Positions 1 through 10,926 of a stretch of 64,000 nucleotides of DNA are shown one piece after another (the first letter of the stretch is position 1; each line of letters opens with the position of its first letter). The notes below the pieces were generated by a model. It had not been told where the DNA came from. It did not search any database and worked only from the letters and a program-made list of their open reading frames with translations. The DNA is from an uncultured Verrucomicrobiae bacterium (GTDB lineage: Bacteria; Verrucomicrobiota; Verrucomicrobiia; Chthoniobacterales; UBA10450): assembly GCA_963834385.1 (NCBI GenBank), contig CAWIBO010000002.1:736001-800000 (forward strand). Reading direction: 5' to 3'. Made by a program: the position numbers and the translations under genes.

Positions 1-126
1 GTCTTTGTTCCGGCCGGGGAAACCCGGTCCCTGGCGGAGTTCTCCGCCACGGAGAAAAACCGGATCAGCCACCGGGCAAAGGCCGCGGAAAAACTGCGCG
101 CCTGGCTGGAGAGAAGCCGCCGGTAA
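1..126 (+). CDS. rdgB: 3' end of RdgB/HAM1-family non-canonical purine NTP pyrophosphatase (partial)
   Basis: Frame 1 reads VFVPAGETRSLAEFSATEKNRISHRAKAAEKLRAWLERSRR*; EKNxISHRxxA is the C-terminal HAM1 motif. Confidence 0.85.
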   Translation, partial: VFVPAGETRSLAEFSATEKNRISHRAKAAEKLRAWLERSRR

Positions 127-150
127 GCCGTCTGCGGTCCGGCGCGGCGA

Positions 151-579
151 CTATTGGGCGACCGGGGGCGGCGCCTTGATCTGGTAACCGATCTTGGTGA
201 TGCCGGCGGAGCGCACGCGATCGAGCAGCGTGATGACATCGCCGTGCAAAGCCTGCTGATCGGCGCTGATCGAGACCTTGGCCGCTTCCCCGAGGTTCTG
301 GCGGAATTGGAAAAGCGTCGGCAGAACCTGCTCGTCCAGCACGGGCTGATTGTCGATGTAGGTCTGGTTTCCCGGTGTCACCCGCAAGGTCAAATAGTCC
401 TTCACCGGCGGCTGCTGCACCGCCTGCCCCGGCGCGGGAATATTAACCCGGATGCCCTTCATATGCGTCTGGCTAAGGCTGACCATCATGAAGCTCGCAA
501 GGAGGAAGAACATGATGTCGATCAACGGAATGATCTCGATGCGCGCCTTCTTGTGCGGGATGGGTGACTTCATTCTCAT
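151..579 (-). CDS. exbD: Biopolymer transporter ExbD/TolR
   Basis: IEIIPLIDIMFFLLASFMMVS transmembrane motif; ISAD...HGDVITLLDRVRSAGITKIG. Confidence 0.9.
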   Translation of the reverse strand: MRMKSPIPHKKARIEIIPLIDIMFFLLASFMMVSLSQTHMKGIRVNIPAPGQAVQQPPVKDYLTLRVTPGNQTYIDNQPVLDEQVLPTLFQFRQNLGEAAKVSISADQQALHGDVITLLDRVRSAGITKIGYQIKAPPPVAQ

Positions 580-592
580 GGCATGATCCCCT

Positions 593-1232
593 TTAGAATT
601 GCGCGCCGGACATGGTGAAGGTGATTGGCGTCCTGACCTTGGTCACCGTGTTGGGCTTGAAGCGCCAACGCTTGAAAGGCGGAGGTGGCGGCGTTATCCA
701 GGACCGAGCTGCCGGTGCTCTGCGCCATGACCGCGCTCGTGACCGCGCCGGTCGACGGATTCACCGTCATCAGGCAGACGCCGCTGCCGGTGATACGGTT
801 CTTGCGCGCGGCGTAGGGATACTCCGGACGCGGCGAAGAGATGGCCGAAACCCTGGCGGTGGACATCGAGACCGGACCCGTGGGGCCGGGTGGACGCGGC
901 CGTGAAATCGGTGGGGGTGGCTTGTTGGAAGGTGTCCGCGGCTTCGGCGGAGGGGTGGCCTCTTCCTCGACAAACTCAGGCTGCTCCGCGGTGGGGGGCG
1001 GTGGCGGCGGCGGCTCGGGCTCATCCGGCGGCGGCTCGGGCTCGGGCGGCTGATCCTGCTGCTCAAAAGTGACTTCCGCGACGGCCTCTGGAATGTCGGT
1101 CAGGTCGGTGATCTCTTCATCCGGCCGGATGCCGGCGACGACGACCGCCATGAAATGGAGCAGGACGGCGGCGCCAAATGCGGCCCCGACATGCCATTTC
1201 GGCATCGGCTTGTAGAGTTGTGGCTTGGCCAT
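593..1232 (-). CDS. tonB: Energy transducer TonB (one apparent frameshift near 676)
   Basis: N-terminal TM, Pro/Glu-rich linker, PRPEYPYAARKNRITGSG TonB_C start; removing one T from a T-run restores AFKRWRFKPNTVTKVRTPITFTMSGAQF*. Confidence 0.85.
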
Positions 1233-1236
1233 GGTG

Positions 1237-1677
1237 CTACTGCGAGGTGGTTCCCGGGAGCGGCGCGGAGACGTCGCTCTTGATTTCAAAGGCGATCTTG
1301 GTGAAACCGGAGGCGCGAATCAGGTCGAGCAGGCGCGTAACGTTGCCATGCAGCGCTTCGCGGTCGCCCCGGACGAAAACCTTGGCTTCCGGAGTTTGCG
1401 CGTAGATCTGGGCCAGCTTTGGCGTCACCGCTTCATAAGGGATCGGCTCCTTGTCGAAATAGAAGTAGCCGTCGCGATCAACCGAGAGACTGACGTAATC
1501 CTTCTTGTTCTGGACTTCACCGGAACGGCCGAGGGGCAGATCAACCTTGATGCCCTTCATGTGCACCTGGCTGAGGCTGACCATCATGAAGCTCGCGAGC
1601 AGGAAGAACATGATGTCGATCAGCGGGATGATCTCGATGCGCGCCTTCTTGTGCGGCAACGGTGAGCTGACGTTCAT
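1237..1677 (-). CDS. exbD: Biopolymer transporter ExbD/TolR
   Basis: IEIIPLIDIMFFLL TM motif; VFVRGDREALHGNV...GFTKIAF. Confidence 0.9.
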   Translation of the reverse strand: MNVSSPLPHKKARIEIIPLIDIMFFLLASFMMVSLSQVHMKGIKVDLPLGRSGEVQNKKDYVSLSVDRDGYFYFDKEPIPYEAVTPKLAQIYAQTPEAKVFVRGDREALHGNVTRLLDLIRASGFTKIAFEIKSDVSAPLPGTTSQ

Positions 1678-1704
1678 GCCTTTGGTTCCCTTTTTTTCTG
1701 CGGC

Positions 1705-2793
1705 TTATCTCGACTGCATTTCCACTTCCCGCTTCGCCTTCGCGTTCGCCTCGAGCATCACCTCGAGGTTGGTCGCCGCGGTCTGCAGCTCGAACTCCAG
1801 GTTAGACACACGGGAGGTGAAAAAGTTAAACGGAATCAACGCAAAGATGGCGATGCCGAGACCGGCCGCCGTCGCGATAAGCGCTTCCGCAATACCGCCG
1901 GTGACCGCAGTCACCGCCAGTTCGTCGTCGCCAAGGAAGGCGAACGAACGCATCAGACCGGTGATGGTGCCGAGCAGACCAAGCAGCGGGGCCAGGGTCA
2001 CAAGCGTGTCCATCACGACCAGGAACCGGCCGGCCCGCTTGATCTCAATGCCCGCCGCCACCTGCAGGGCGCCCTGGAGCGAGGCATGCTGGTGGTTCAA
2101 CCCGTTCCAGATCATGCGCAGGACGGGATCGCGCGATCCGCGGGAAAGACGCGAAGCCTCCGCGACGTCGCCCGTTTCAATGGCGGTAAACACTTTCTCA
2201 ATGCGCTTGGGATCGCGGCGCGTCCAGCGCATCAGCCACCAACCGATGCGTTCCAGCACCACCGCGATCGCCGTGATCGAGGTGATCAGGATCGGCCACA
2301 TGATCCAGCCGCCTTCCTCGAATTTCTCGAGCAGATTGTTCGCGCTGAAGAAACCGTGTTCCTCCTTCTTCACCGGCTCCGCCGCCGGGGAAGCTGCCGC
2401 GGTCGCCGCCGGTGCCGCCGGGGTCATCATGCCGGGCTGCTGCACCGCTCCAGGAGCACCGGGAGCCCCAGGCATTCCGGGCGCGCCGGGCGCGGCCCCG
2501 GGCATGGCCGGATCGCCGCCCGGCGGGACGCCAGGACCGCCGGGAGCGGTCATGCCGGGCTGCGCAGGCGGAATCGGCTGCTGACCGGGCTGGGCCGGCT
2601 GAATGGGCTGCTGGCCGGGCTGAAGCGGCTGTTGCGTGGTCGCCGGGGCCGTCGCGGGATCAGTCGGCGCGGCCGGAGAGGTCGCTACGCCCGCCGGCGA
2701 AGTGGCCGCAGCAGGTGAAGTCGTCGGTGCTTGCGCGAACGCGCTCAGCGCGACGGCGGTAGAGATAAGGCAGGCGGTTAGCGTTTTTTTCAT
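1705..2793 (-). CDS. exbB: MotA/TolQ/ExbB proton channel with signal peptide and long Pro/Ala/Gln/Gly-rich N-terminal extension
   Basis: GGWIMWPIL, TLAPLLGLLGTITGLM and GIAEALIATAAGLGIAI motifs. Confidence 0.9.
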   Translation of the reverse strand: MKKTLTACLISTAVALSAFAQAPTTSPAAATSPAGVATSPAAPTDPATAPATTQQPLQPGQQPIQPAQPGQQPIPPAQPGMTAPGGPGVPPGGDPAMPGAAPGAPGMPGAPGAPGAVQQPGMMTPAAPAATAAASPAAEPVKKEEHGFFSANNLLEKFEEGGWIMWPILITSITAIAVVLERIGWWLMRWTRRDPKRIEKVFTAIETGDVAEASRLSRGSRDPVLRMIWNGLNHQHASLQGALQVAAGIEIKRAGRFLVVMDTLVTLAPLLGLLGTITGLMRSFAFLGDDELAVTAVTGGIAEALIATAAGLGIAIFALIPFNFFTSRVSNLEFELQTAATNLEVMLEANAKAKREVEMQSR

Positions 2794-3053
2794 AAATCAG
2801 ATGAGGATGTTATCCGGCTCCAGTTCAGTAGTAGGGAATATTCTATTCAGACGAAGCTTGTTACAGTCGAGTAAAACTTTTCACCTTTTTACGCGAGACT
2901 CCAATCAAAAGTTCGCAACAGGGAATCGAATCAACACCCGTAACGGGATGTAACGCAAATGCTTCTAATTGCGTGATCGCCCTATTTTTGCGCGGAATTC
3001 GCCGCGGCTGTTGACAAAAAACATCCGAACGGATAAACGCGCGCCCCCTGCTT

Positions 3054-3818
3054 TCAGGCCCGGGCGTTGACCACGTTGCGCAGGGGCGGCCAGTCGCCCA
3101 CCCGCGCCTCCAGGATGTCACCCTTCCCGATCGGTCCCACCCCCGAAGGTGTCCCGGTGAGGATCAGGTCGCCCGGGAGCAACGTGAGCGCTTCGCTGGC
3201 AAAAGCGACAATCTCCGCCACGGAATAAATCATCTGGCTGGTGCGCGCCTCCTGTTTCACCTCACCATTCTGGCGCAGGGAAATGGGCAGGTCGGAAACA
3301 TCGACCTCGGTGTAAACAAACGGTCCCACCGGGGTGTAGGTGTCGAACGATTTGCAGCGGCCAAACTGTTTCTCACTCTTCTGCAGGTCGCGGTCGCTGA
3401 TGTCCTCGGCCACGGTATAGCCGAACACGTGCTCCAGCGCCCGGTCCCGGGCGAGGTCGCGTCCCTGTTTCCCGATCACCACCGCCAGTTCCACCTCGAA
3501 ATCGGTCTGGTGCCCGGGAAAGGCGATCTCGATCGTGCCTTCGTGCGGCAGGAGGGAGGTCGGCGCCTTGAACCAGACCAGCGGGGTGCCCAGCGGGGTC
3601 CGCTTCATTTCCGCGATGTGATCGGCGTAGTTGAGGCCGACCGCGATCACCTTGGAAGGCGCCACCGGCACGCCGGGCCGCACCTGCGCCCGCGGCACCT
3701 CCCGCCCGCTGCGTTCCTGCGAAAGCCAGAACGGTTCGCGCAAGAGGTGCACCGTCTCCCCGCACACCTCGCCATACTCCGTTTTCCCGTCCACCACGAA
3801 ACTGCCAAAGATGCGCAT
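3054..3818 (-). CDS. Fumarylacetoacetate hydrolase family protein
   Basis: KVIAVGLNYADH, DFEVELAVVIG, CKSFDTYTPVGP, LLPGDLILTGTPSGVG. Confidence 0.92.
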   Translation of the reverse strand: MRIFGSFVVDGKTEYGEVCGETVHLLREPFWLSQERSGREVPRAQVRPGVPVAPSKVIAVGLNYADHIAEMKRTPLGTPLVWFKAPTSLLPHEGTIEIAFPGHQTDFEVELAVVIGKQGRDLARDRALEHVFGYTVAEDISDRDLQKSEKQFGRCKSFDTYTPVGPFVYTEVDVSDLPISLRQNGEVKQEARTSQMIYSVAEIVAFASEALTLLPGDLILTGTPSGVGPIGKGDILEARVGDWPPLRNVVNARA

Positions 3819-3875
3819 GGTCTGGGGACGAGAGCCCCCGCCGCGGCCAGCGTCAAGGCCGGAGCGGTCCCGGCT

Positions 3876-4640
3876 CTATTTCTCCACGATGCCGACGACA
3901 TCGCGCACCATCTTATATCCGCTGATGGAGAACGGTTCGCCCTCCGCGCTCGTGCTCCAGAAGGCGCTGGAGGAACCGCCATCCAGGTTCAGGGCGCGTT
4001 CCACCGCGAATTCCCGGCCATCCAGGGCCGCCAGGATTTCCGCCAGCTCCGCCAGGGTGACGCCCGAGCAATAGCCGAGCGCCACGCCGCGTTTGTTGTT
4101 CGTGGCGATGAAGGTGCGCCGCGCGCGGCGGGTCTTCTCCAGCCCGGCCACCGGCCGCCCCCGCTCGACCAGAAAAGGACCGCTCTGGCGCGCCTCGATC
4201 CACTTCGGCCGAGCCGGCGCTTTCCCCAGGCGCAGCAATTCCACTTTCCCGGGCGAGACCGCGATGACCCCGCTCAGGAGCCGCGCCTTCCGCCACGGCG
4301 CCACGGTCCGGCCGCGGCTGCGCAGCATCCCGATCAGTCCATGATCAGGGTCGAAGTAGCCGCCGTTTGTCCCGGCCACGCAGTTGTTTCTCTGCAACAC
4401 CTCCGCCACGGAGGAACGCGGCTCGGCCGGTTGATCAAGGAACCGCAAGGTGGCCTTCCCCGCATCGAAAAGAGCCAACTGGAGCCGGGCGCTCCGGCCG
4501 TCGGATCCCTCCGCCATTTCGAGCGACACGCGCTCCACCACCGCCGAGCTCGTGGGATGCTGACGCGAAGCGGTCACCTCCCAGGCGCCGGCCGCGCGAA
4601 GAAGGAGAAGAAAAAGAACAAAGCCGGTCGAGGCGCGCAT
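3876..4640 (-). CDS. Secreted phosphodiester glycosidase (NAGPA-like) family protein
   Basis: Signal peptide; GTNGGYF, QSGPFLV, RRTFIA and ALNLDGGSSS motifs. Confidence 0.85.
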   Translation of the reverse strand: MRASTGFVLFLLLLRAAGAWEVTASRQHPTSSAVVERVSLEMAEGSDGRSARLQLALFDAGKATLRFLDQPAEPRSSVAEVLQRNNCVAGTNGGYFDPDHGLIGMLRSRGRTVAPWRKARLLSGVIAVSPGKVELLRLGKAPARPKWIEARQSGPFLVERGRPVAGLEKTRRARRTFIATNNKRGVALGYCSGVTLAELAEILAALDGREFAVERALNLDGGSSSAFWSTSAEGEPFSISGYKMVRDVVGIVEK

Positions 4641-4715
4641 CCCGCCAATTAAGCAGCACGGCCGCATGCCTGCCGGGAAAAAACCTGCGGCCGCCCGGTT
4701 CGCCCGAACGCCGAC

Positions 4716-5645
4716 CTACTTCACGCCACCGGCAAACACAGTCTGAAAATACGGACTCTTTTTTTCGCGCGAAACAATGGTGACCTCGATCTCGCGGAAC
4801 CCGGCCTCCTCCAGCCAGCGATGCAACTGCACTTCGCTGAAGCCGAGCCAGTGGTCGGCATAAAGCTCGCGCGCCCGGGCGAACTGGTGCGCCAGGAGAT
4901 CAAGAATGATGACGCGCCCGCCCCGGCGCAGGATGCGATGGGCCGCGGCCAGGGCCCGCTCCGGCTTGACCGCATGGTGCAACGCCTGGCTGAAAACAGC
5001 CAGGTCGATCGAGCTTTTGGCAATCGGCGGTTCCTCGATGTCGCCCAGGCGATACTCGAGATTCCGGAAACCGTGTTCCCGGGCCAGGGCGGCGCCGAAC
5101 TCAACCATCTTCGGCGAATTATCGATCGCGATCACCTTCCGCGCGGTCGGGGCCAGAAGCTGCGAGAGGGTCCCTTCCCCCGCCCCGAGATCGGCCACGG
5201 TCAGCGGCGGCAAAAGATGAAACAGGGTATGGGCCAGCGCCTCCCAGGAACGCCCGGGCACATAGGAACGGCCAAACCGGCCCGCCAACTGGTCGAAATA
5301 GGCGCGCGCTTTGTCCTGTCTTTTGCGCAGGGCCAGCTTCAGCGCGGTCCGGTCATCCGCCGTTTCCGGAACTTCCGGCGCCAGGGACCGGAGAAGGTCA
5401 TGCACCCGGGCGCGGCTGCCGTTCCCCGTCGCGCTCAAACCATAATAGACGTTCTTGCCCGCGCGCCGATCGGCCACAACGCGGGCGCGTTTCAACTGGG
5501 CGAGATGACTGGAGATGCGCGACTGGCCCATGCGCATGATCTCCTGGAGCTCGGCCACGGAGAGTTCCTCCTGCTCGAGGAGAAGGAGGAGTCGCAACCG
5601 GATGGGATCGGCCAGGAGGCGGAGGAGATCGAGCGTTGACGACAT
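4716..5645 (-). CDS. ArsR-family HTH fused to a class I SAM-binding domain; SahR/SamR-like regulator of the SAM cycle
   Basis: LLADPIRLRLL..ELSVAEL..QSRISSHL HTH plus VADLGAGEG motif I; divergent from metK-ahcY. Confidence 0.85.
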   Translation of the reverse strand: MSSTLDLLRLLADPIRLRLLLLLEQEELSVAELQEIMRMGQSRISSHLAQLKRARVVADRRAGKNVYYGLSATGNGSRARVHDLLRSLAPEVPETADDRTALKLALRKRQDKARAYFDQLAGRFGRSYVPGRSWEALAHTLFHLLPPLTVADLGAGEGTLSQLLAPTARKVIAIDNSPKMVEFGAALAREHGFRNLEYRLGDIEEPPIAKSSIDLAVFSQALHHAVKPERALAAAHRILRRGGRVIILDLLAHQFARARELYADHWLGFSEVQLHRWLEEAGFREIEVTIVSREKKSPYFQTVFAGGVK

Positions 5646-5704
5646 CGGGGTTGCAGACGATACATCTACGTATCATGATTGGTCAATATGTCCGAAAAGG
5701 TGCC

Positions 5705-5762
5705 AGGGTTCAGACCCGCTGCACCCTCTTGTCTGAATCCTGAACCCCGAACCCCGAACCCG
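5705..5762. repeat. Hairpin plus 7-nt tandem repeats (CYGAAYC) just upstream of metK
   Basis: AGGGTTCAGAC...GTCTGAATCCT inverted pair; right arm continues CTGAATC-CTGAACC-CCGAACC-CCGAACC. Confidence 0.6.
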
Positions 5763-5769
5763 CTTTTCT

Positions 5770-6976
5770 ATGTCCCGTCGTTTTATTTTTTCCTCTGAGT
5801 CCGTCGGCGAAGGTCATCCCGACAAGGTTTGCGACACCATCTCCGACGCCATCCTCGACGCCTGCCTCGCCCAGGATAAGACCGCGCGCGTCGCCTGCGA
5901 GACCTTCGCCAAGAGCCACACCGTCATCGTCGGCGGTGAAATCACCATCCCCAATCTGCCGCAGGGCAAAGCGCTCGAGATCGATCATTCCGATCGACAG
6001 CATCGTGCGCGATGCCGTGCGCGAGATCGGTTACGTGAATGACGACGACGTTTTTCACGCCGACAAGATCGACATCCAGAACATCATCACGAACCAGAGC
6101 GCCGACATCGTCGCAGGGCGTCGATGCAGACCGCCGCGGAAGGCAAGGGACACGCCGAGCAGGGCGCCGGCGACCAGGGTTTGATGTTTGGCTTTGCCTG
6201 CGACGAGACGCCCGAGCTGATGCCGGCGCCGATCATGTTTGCGCATCGCCTCGGCCGCGAGTTGACCCGCATCCGCAAGAGCGGCAAGGTGCGCCTGGCT
6301 GCGGCCCGATGCGAAGTCGCAGGTCTCCGTCGTTTACGAAGAACAACAAGCCGGTCGGCATCTCGAATGTGGTCATTTCCACCCAGCACGCGGCCGACGT
6401 GAAGCACCCGGAGATCAAAGAATTCTGCATCGAAGAAGTCATTCGCAAGGTGCTCCCGCGGCTCGATGATCGAATGGCACGACTGAGTTTCTCATCAATC
6501 CGACCGGGCGGTTCGTCGTCGGCGGACCGCAGGGCGACACCGGCCTGACCGGGCGCAAGATCATCGTCGATAGTTACGGCGGCATGGGCCGTCACGGCGG
6601 CGGCGCGTTCTCCGGGAAGGACCCGAGCAAGGTCGACCGCAGCGCCGCCTACATGGGTCGCTGGGTGGCGAAGAACGTCGTCGCGGCCGGGCTCGCGCGG
6701 CGTTGCGAAGTCCAGTTCGCCTACGCCATCGGCCATCCGCAGCCGGTCAGCGTGCACATCAACACCTTCCTCACGAACACCGTCGACGAAGAGATCATCG
6801 AGAAAGCCGTCAAGAAAGTCTTCTCCTTCAAGCCGGCCGACATCGTCGAGCAGCTCGACCTGCTCCGCCCGATTTACCTCAAGACCACCAACTACGGCCA
6901 CTTCGGCAAGGACGATCCCGAGATCACCTGGGAACGCACCGATAAGGCTGAGGAGCTGAAAGCCGCGGCGCGCTAG
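5770..6976 (+). CDS. metK: S-adenosylmethionine synthetase (several apparent frameshifts)
   Basis: [63 protein letters not shown] and YGHFG motifs spread over three frames. Confidence 0.95.
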
Positions 6977-7004
6977 CTTTAAGTCTTAAGCTTTAGGTTT
7001 TAAG
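6975..7004. repeat. Left inverted arm (7-nt tandem repeats) of the four-helix-bundle element
   Basis: AGCTTTAAGTCTTAAGCTTTAGGTTTTAAG; 25/30 match to the reverse complement of 7375-7404. Confidence 0.85.
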
Positions 7005-7005
7005 A

Positions 7006-7386
7006 ATGGCTTATCAATCTTTCGAAGACTTGGAAGTCTGGCAACGCGGTTGCCGGCTCTCCGTTGAGGTCTTCCGAGCGTTTGGTGCCTGCAAGGAGTT
7101 TACCCTGCGCGATCAAATCCAACGGGCGGGACTCTCGATTCCGTCGAACATTGCCGAAGGCTCTGAACGCGGCAGCACGAAGGATTTCGCGCATTTTCTA
7201 AATATTTCCAAAGGCTCGTGCGGGGAGCTGCGCACGCAGCTCTACATTGCGCGCAAGCTCGGCCTGATCACGAAATCCGCTTTCGACGCACTCGTCAAAG
7301 AATCACGGGAACTCTCCGCGATGCTCGAGGGACTGCGTCGCGCGCTGCTTAAGCGCGCCACAAGCACGCGCCCACTTAAAACTTAA
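7006..7386 (+). CDS. Four helix bundle protein (23S rRNA IVS protein / Avd-like family)
   Basis: SFEDLEVWQ, LRDQIQRAGLSIPSNIAEGSER and FAHFLNISKGSCGELRTQL signature motifs. Confidence 0.92.
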   Translation: MAYQSFEDLEVWQRGCRLSVEVFRAFGACKEFTLRDQIQRAGLSIPSNIAEGSERGSTKDFAHFLNISKGSCGELRTQLYIARKLGLITKSAFDALVKESRELSAMLEGLRRALLKRATSTRPLKT

Positions 7387-7404
7387 CACCTAATACTTAA
7401 AGCT
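7375..7404. repeat. Right inverted arm (7-nt tandem repeats) of the four-helix-bundle element
   Basis: CTTAAAACTTAACACCTAATACTTAAAGCT, ending directly before the ahcY ATG. Confidence 0.85.
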
Positions 7405-8945
<1,541 letters not shown>

Positions 8946-9037
8946 CGAAGCATCCGCTGTGTACGTGTGGAGCCGGGGCTCCACCGCTATTTCCTTGAGA
9001 GCCCGACAAGAATCCACGCGATTAGTGCAAGGATTTG

Positions 9038-9277
9038 CTAGAAGCGACTCACGATTGCGCTCTTCTCCACGCCCTTGGCCGCAGCAACTGCCCGAACGAT
9101 TCCATTCAAAGTTCCAACGCGAAGCGCAGTGTGTTCTGGGATCGAAATCCGATGCTGCCGCGGTTCACTGGTTTCAAGAATCACGTGGCTCCCCTCTTGA
9201 TTAACACGCCGGTAATCAAAGTGCTTGCACAGCACTTTGATCAGATCCGCTCCGCTAAGATCGCGCGGCAGCTTCAT
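9038..9277 (-). CDS. hicA: Type II toxin-antitoxin HicA family toxin
   Basis: [15 protein letters not shown]...QEGSHVIL...ISIPEH..LRVGTLNGI dsRBD-like HicA motifs. Confidence 0.85.
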   Translation of the reverse strand: MKLPRDLSGADLIKVLCKHFDYRRVNQEGSHVILETSEPRQHRISIPEHTALRVGTLNGIVRAVAAAKGVEKSAIVSRF

Positions 9278-9480
9278 GCCACCGCCACCACTTCATCTCG
9301 CACCAGGTGCAGACGAATGGCGGAAGGTTTCGGCTGATCGAAGAAATACGCGGCCACCGCTTCCCTGACGTTTGCCCGAAGCTGATCCCAGGAATCGCCC
9401 TGCGTAAAAATGTCATGCGAAAGGCACTCTCCCACAAATCCGCCGTCGGACTCCTGAGTGACGCTGAAGACGATTTCCAT
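9274..9480 (-). CDS. hicB: Short HicB-like antitoxin without a DNA-binding domain
   Basis: ESDGGFVGE...[19 protein letters not shown] partial RNase H fold motif; 4-nt overlap with hicA. Confidence 0.75.
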   Translation of the reverse strand: MEIVFSVTQESDGGFVGECLSHDIFTQGDSWDQLRANVREAVAAYFFDQPKPSAIRLHLVRDEVVAVA

Positions 9481-9528
9481 AGAGAAAAGGATGACAGGTG
9501 AAAGCCCGCGAAACAAGACCGTCTTCAG

Positions 9529-9766
9529 GCCGAAGAAACTCGACGAAGAAGTCGCCCGCCTGCACCTCGAAAAAATCGGCGTGAAACTGACCAGGCTCAG
9601 CCCGAAACAAGCCGAATACCTCGGCGTGCCTGTGGAAGGCCCCTACAAGCCCGAGCACTACCGCTACTAGCCCCTAGCTGAGTGATTCAAAAATAACGCC
9701 GCCGGAGCAATCCGGCGGCGTTTTTTGTCTGTCCACAGATTACGCAGATTTACGCAGATTCTTTGA
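9529..9766 (+). repeat. Direct repeat copy 2: orphan ahcY 3' fragment (PKKLDEEV...PEHYRY*), terminator and repeats
   Basis: About 47 codons nearly identical to the ahcY C-terminus, followed by the same terminator. Confidence 0.9.
9695..9726 (+). terminator. Duplicated Rho-independent terminator
   Basis: Same stem-loop as 8872-8902, followed by T6. Confidence 0.8.
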
Positions 9767-9858
9767 TGGGGAAAAGGACGTCCGGCCCAAGGCCTGTGTT
9801 CTGGGCGGATTGGCGGCGTGCTCGCCAAACGAAGTTCTCCGGGGCATAAAGGGCACCG

Positions 9859-10740
9859 ATGAAAAAGACACTTTGTCTTGCGCTCGTTCTCGTTTCGCTT
9901 GCCTCAGCGCTCGCGCAATCGGACTACGTCGAGGCCATCGAGAAATGGCGCAACGATCGGGAAATCAATCTCAGGAAGGAGACCGGCTGGCTCTCGTTGG
10001 CGGGATTGTTTTGGCTGAAGGAGGGCGTGAACACCGTGGGCGCCGGCAAGCAGTTCGACGTGCAGCTGACGGATAATTTCAAGCAGGGCAGGTTTGGAGA
10101 AATCGAGTTCCGGAACGGGGTCGCGACCTTGAAGGTGGCGGGCGGCGTCGCGGCCACGTCCGATGGCAAACCGGTTTCGACGATCGATCTCGTTTCCGAC
10201 GAGAAAGGGAAGCCGACGGAGATTCGCGTCGGGAGCCAGATGTTCTATTTGATCCGGCGCGAGGATCGTTTCGGCATCCGGCTGAAGGACAGCCAGAGCA
10301 AGGCGCGCTTGGCGTTCAAGGGCTTGAACTGGTTTCCGGTGGACGAGAGCTACCGCGTTTCGGCGCAGCTCGACGCCTACCCGGAGCCCAAGGATGTGAT
10401 GGTTCCAAACGTGCTCGGCGGACACTTCAAGATGAAAAGCCCGGGCCGCCTGCGCTTCACCCTGCAAGGGAAGGAATACTCATTGCAGCCCGTCCTGAAC
10501 GACGACGGCTCGCTCTTCCTCATCTTCCGCGACGCCACCAACGAGAGCGAAACCTACGGCGCGGGCCGATTCCTCGATGCCGACAAGTTGGTCAACGGCC
10601 AGACCACGCTGGACTTCAATAAAGCGGAGAACCCACCGTGCGCCTTCAGTCCCTACGCCACCTGCCCGCTCCCGCCGGAAGGAAACGATCTCTCCGTCGC
10701 CATCAAGGCCGGCGAAAAGCGCTACGGGCACGAGGAGTGA
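9859..10740 (+). CDS. DUF1684 domain secreted protein
   Basis: Signal peptide; GWLSLAGLFWL, LFLIFRDAT..ETYGAGRFL, LDFNKAENPPCAFSPYATCPLPP.N.L...IKAGEK. Confidence 0.85.
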   Translation: MKKTLCLALVLVSLASALAQSDYVEAIEKWRNDREINLRKETGWLSLAGLFWLKEGVNTVGAGKQFDVQLTDNFKQGRFGEIEFRNGVATLKVAGGVAATSDGKPVSTIDLVSDEKGKPTEIRVGSQMFYLIRREDRFGIRLKDSQSKARLAFKGLNWFPVDESYRVSAQLDAYPEPKDVMVPNVLGGHFKMKSPGRLRFTLQGKEYSLQPVLNDDGSLFLIFRDATNESETYGAGRFLDADKLVNGQTTLDFNKAENPPCAFSPYATCPLPPEGNDLSVAIKAGEKRYGHEE

Positions 10741-10926
10741 AAATCGGAAGTCAGAAATCAGACGGCCAGAAGCAGAGGTGATCGCCCGGCGAAAATGGAC
10801 CGGCCTTTACGCGAGCGACCTCGAGCAGGTAAACGCGAGCGGCGCGATCTGGCGAAGCAGACGAACCGGCCGCGCGTGACGCGACGCGTTGTGCGGGCGT
10901 TGAAATCCGGGGAGAGGCGGAGGTTG

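Noticed and set aside
7006..7386. Avd-like gene as part of a diversity-generating retroelement, with the ahcY duplication as template/variable repeats
   Set aside because: There is no reverse transcriptase in the window, and differences between the ahcY copies are not confined to adenines and are mostly synonymous.
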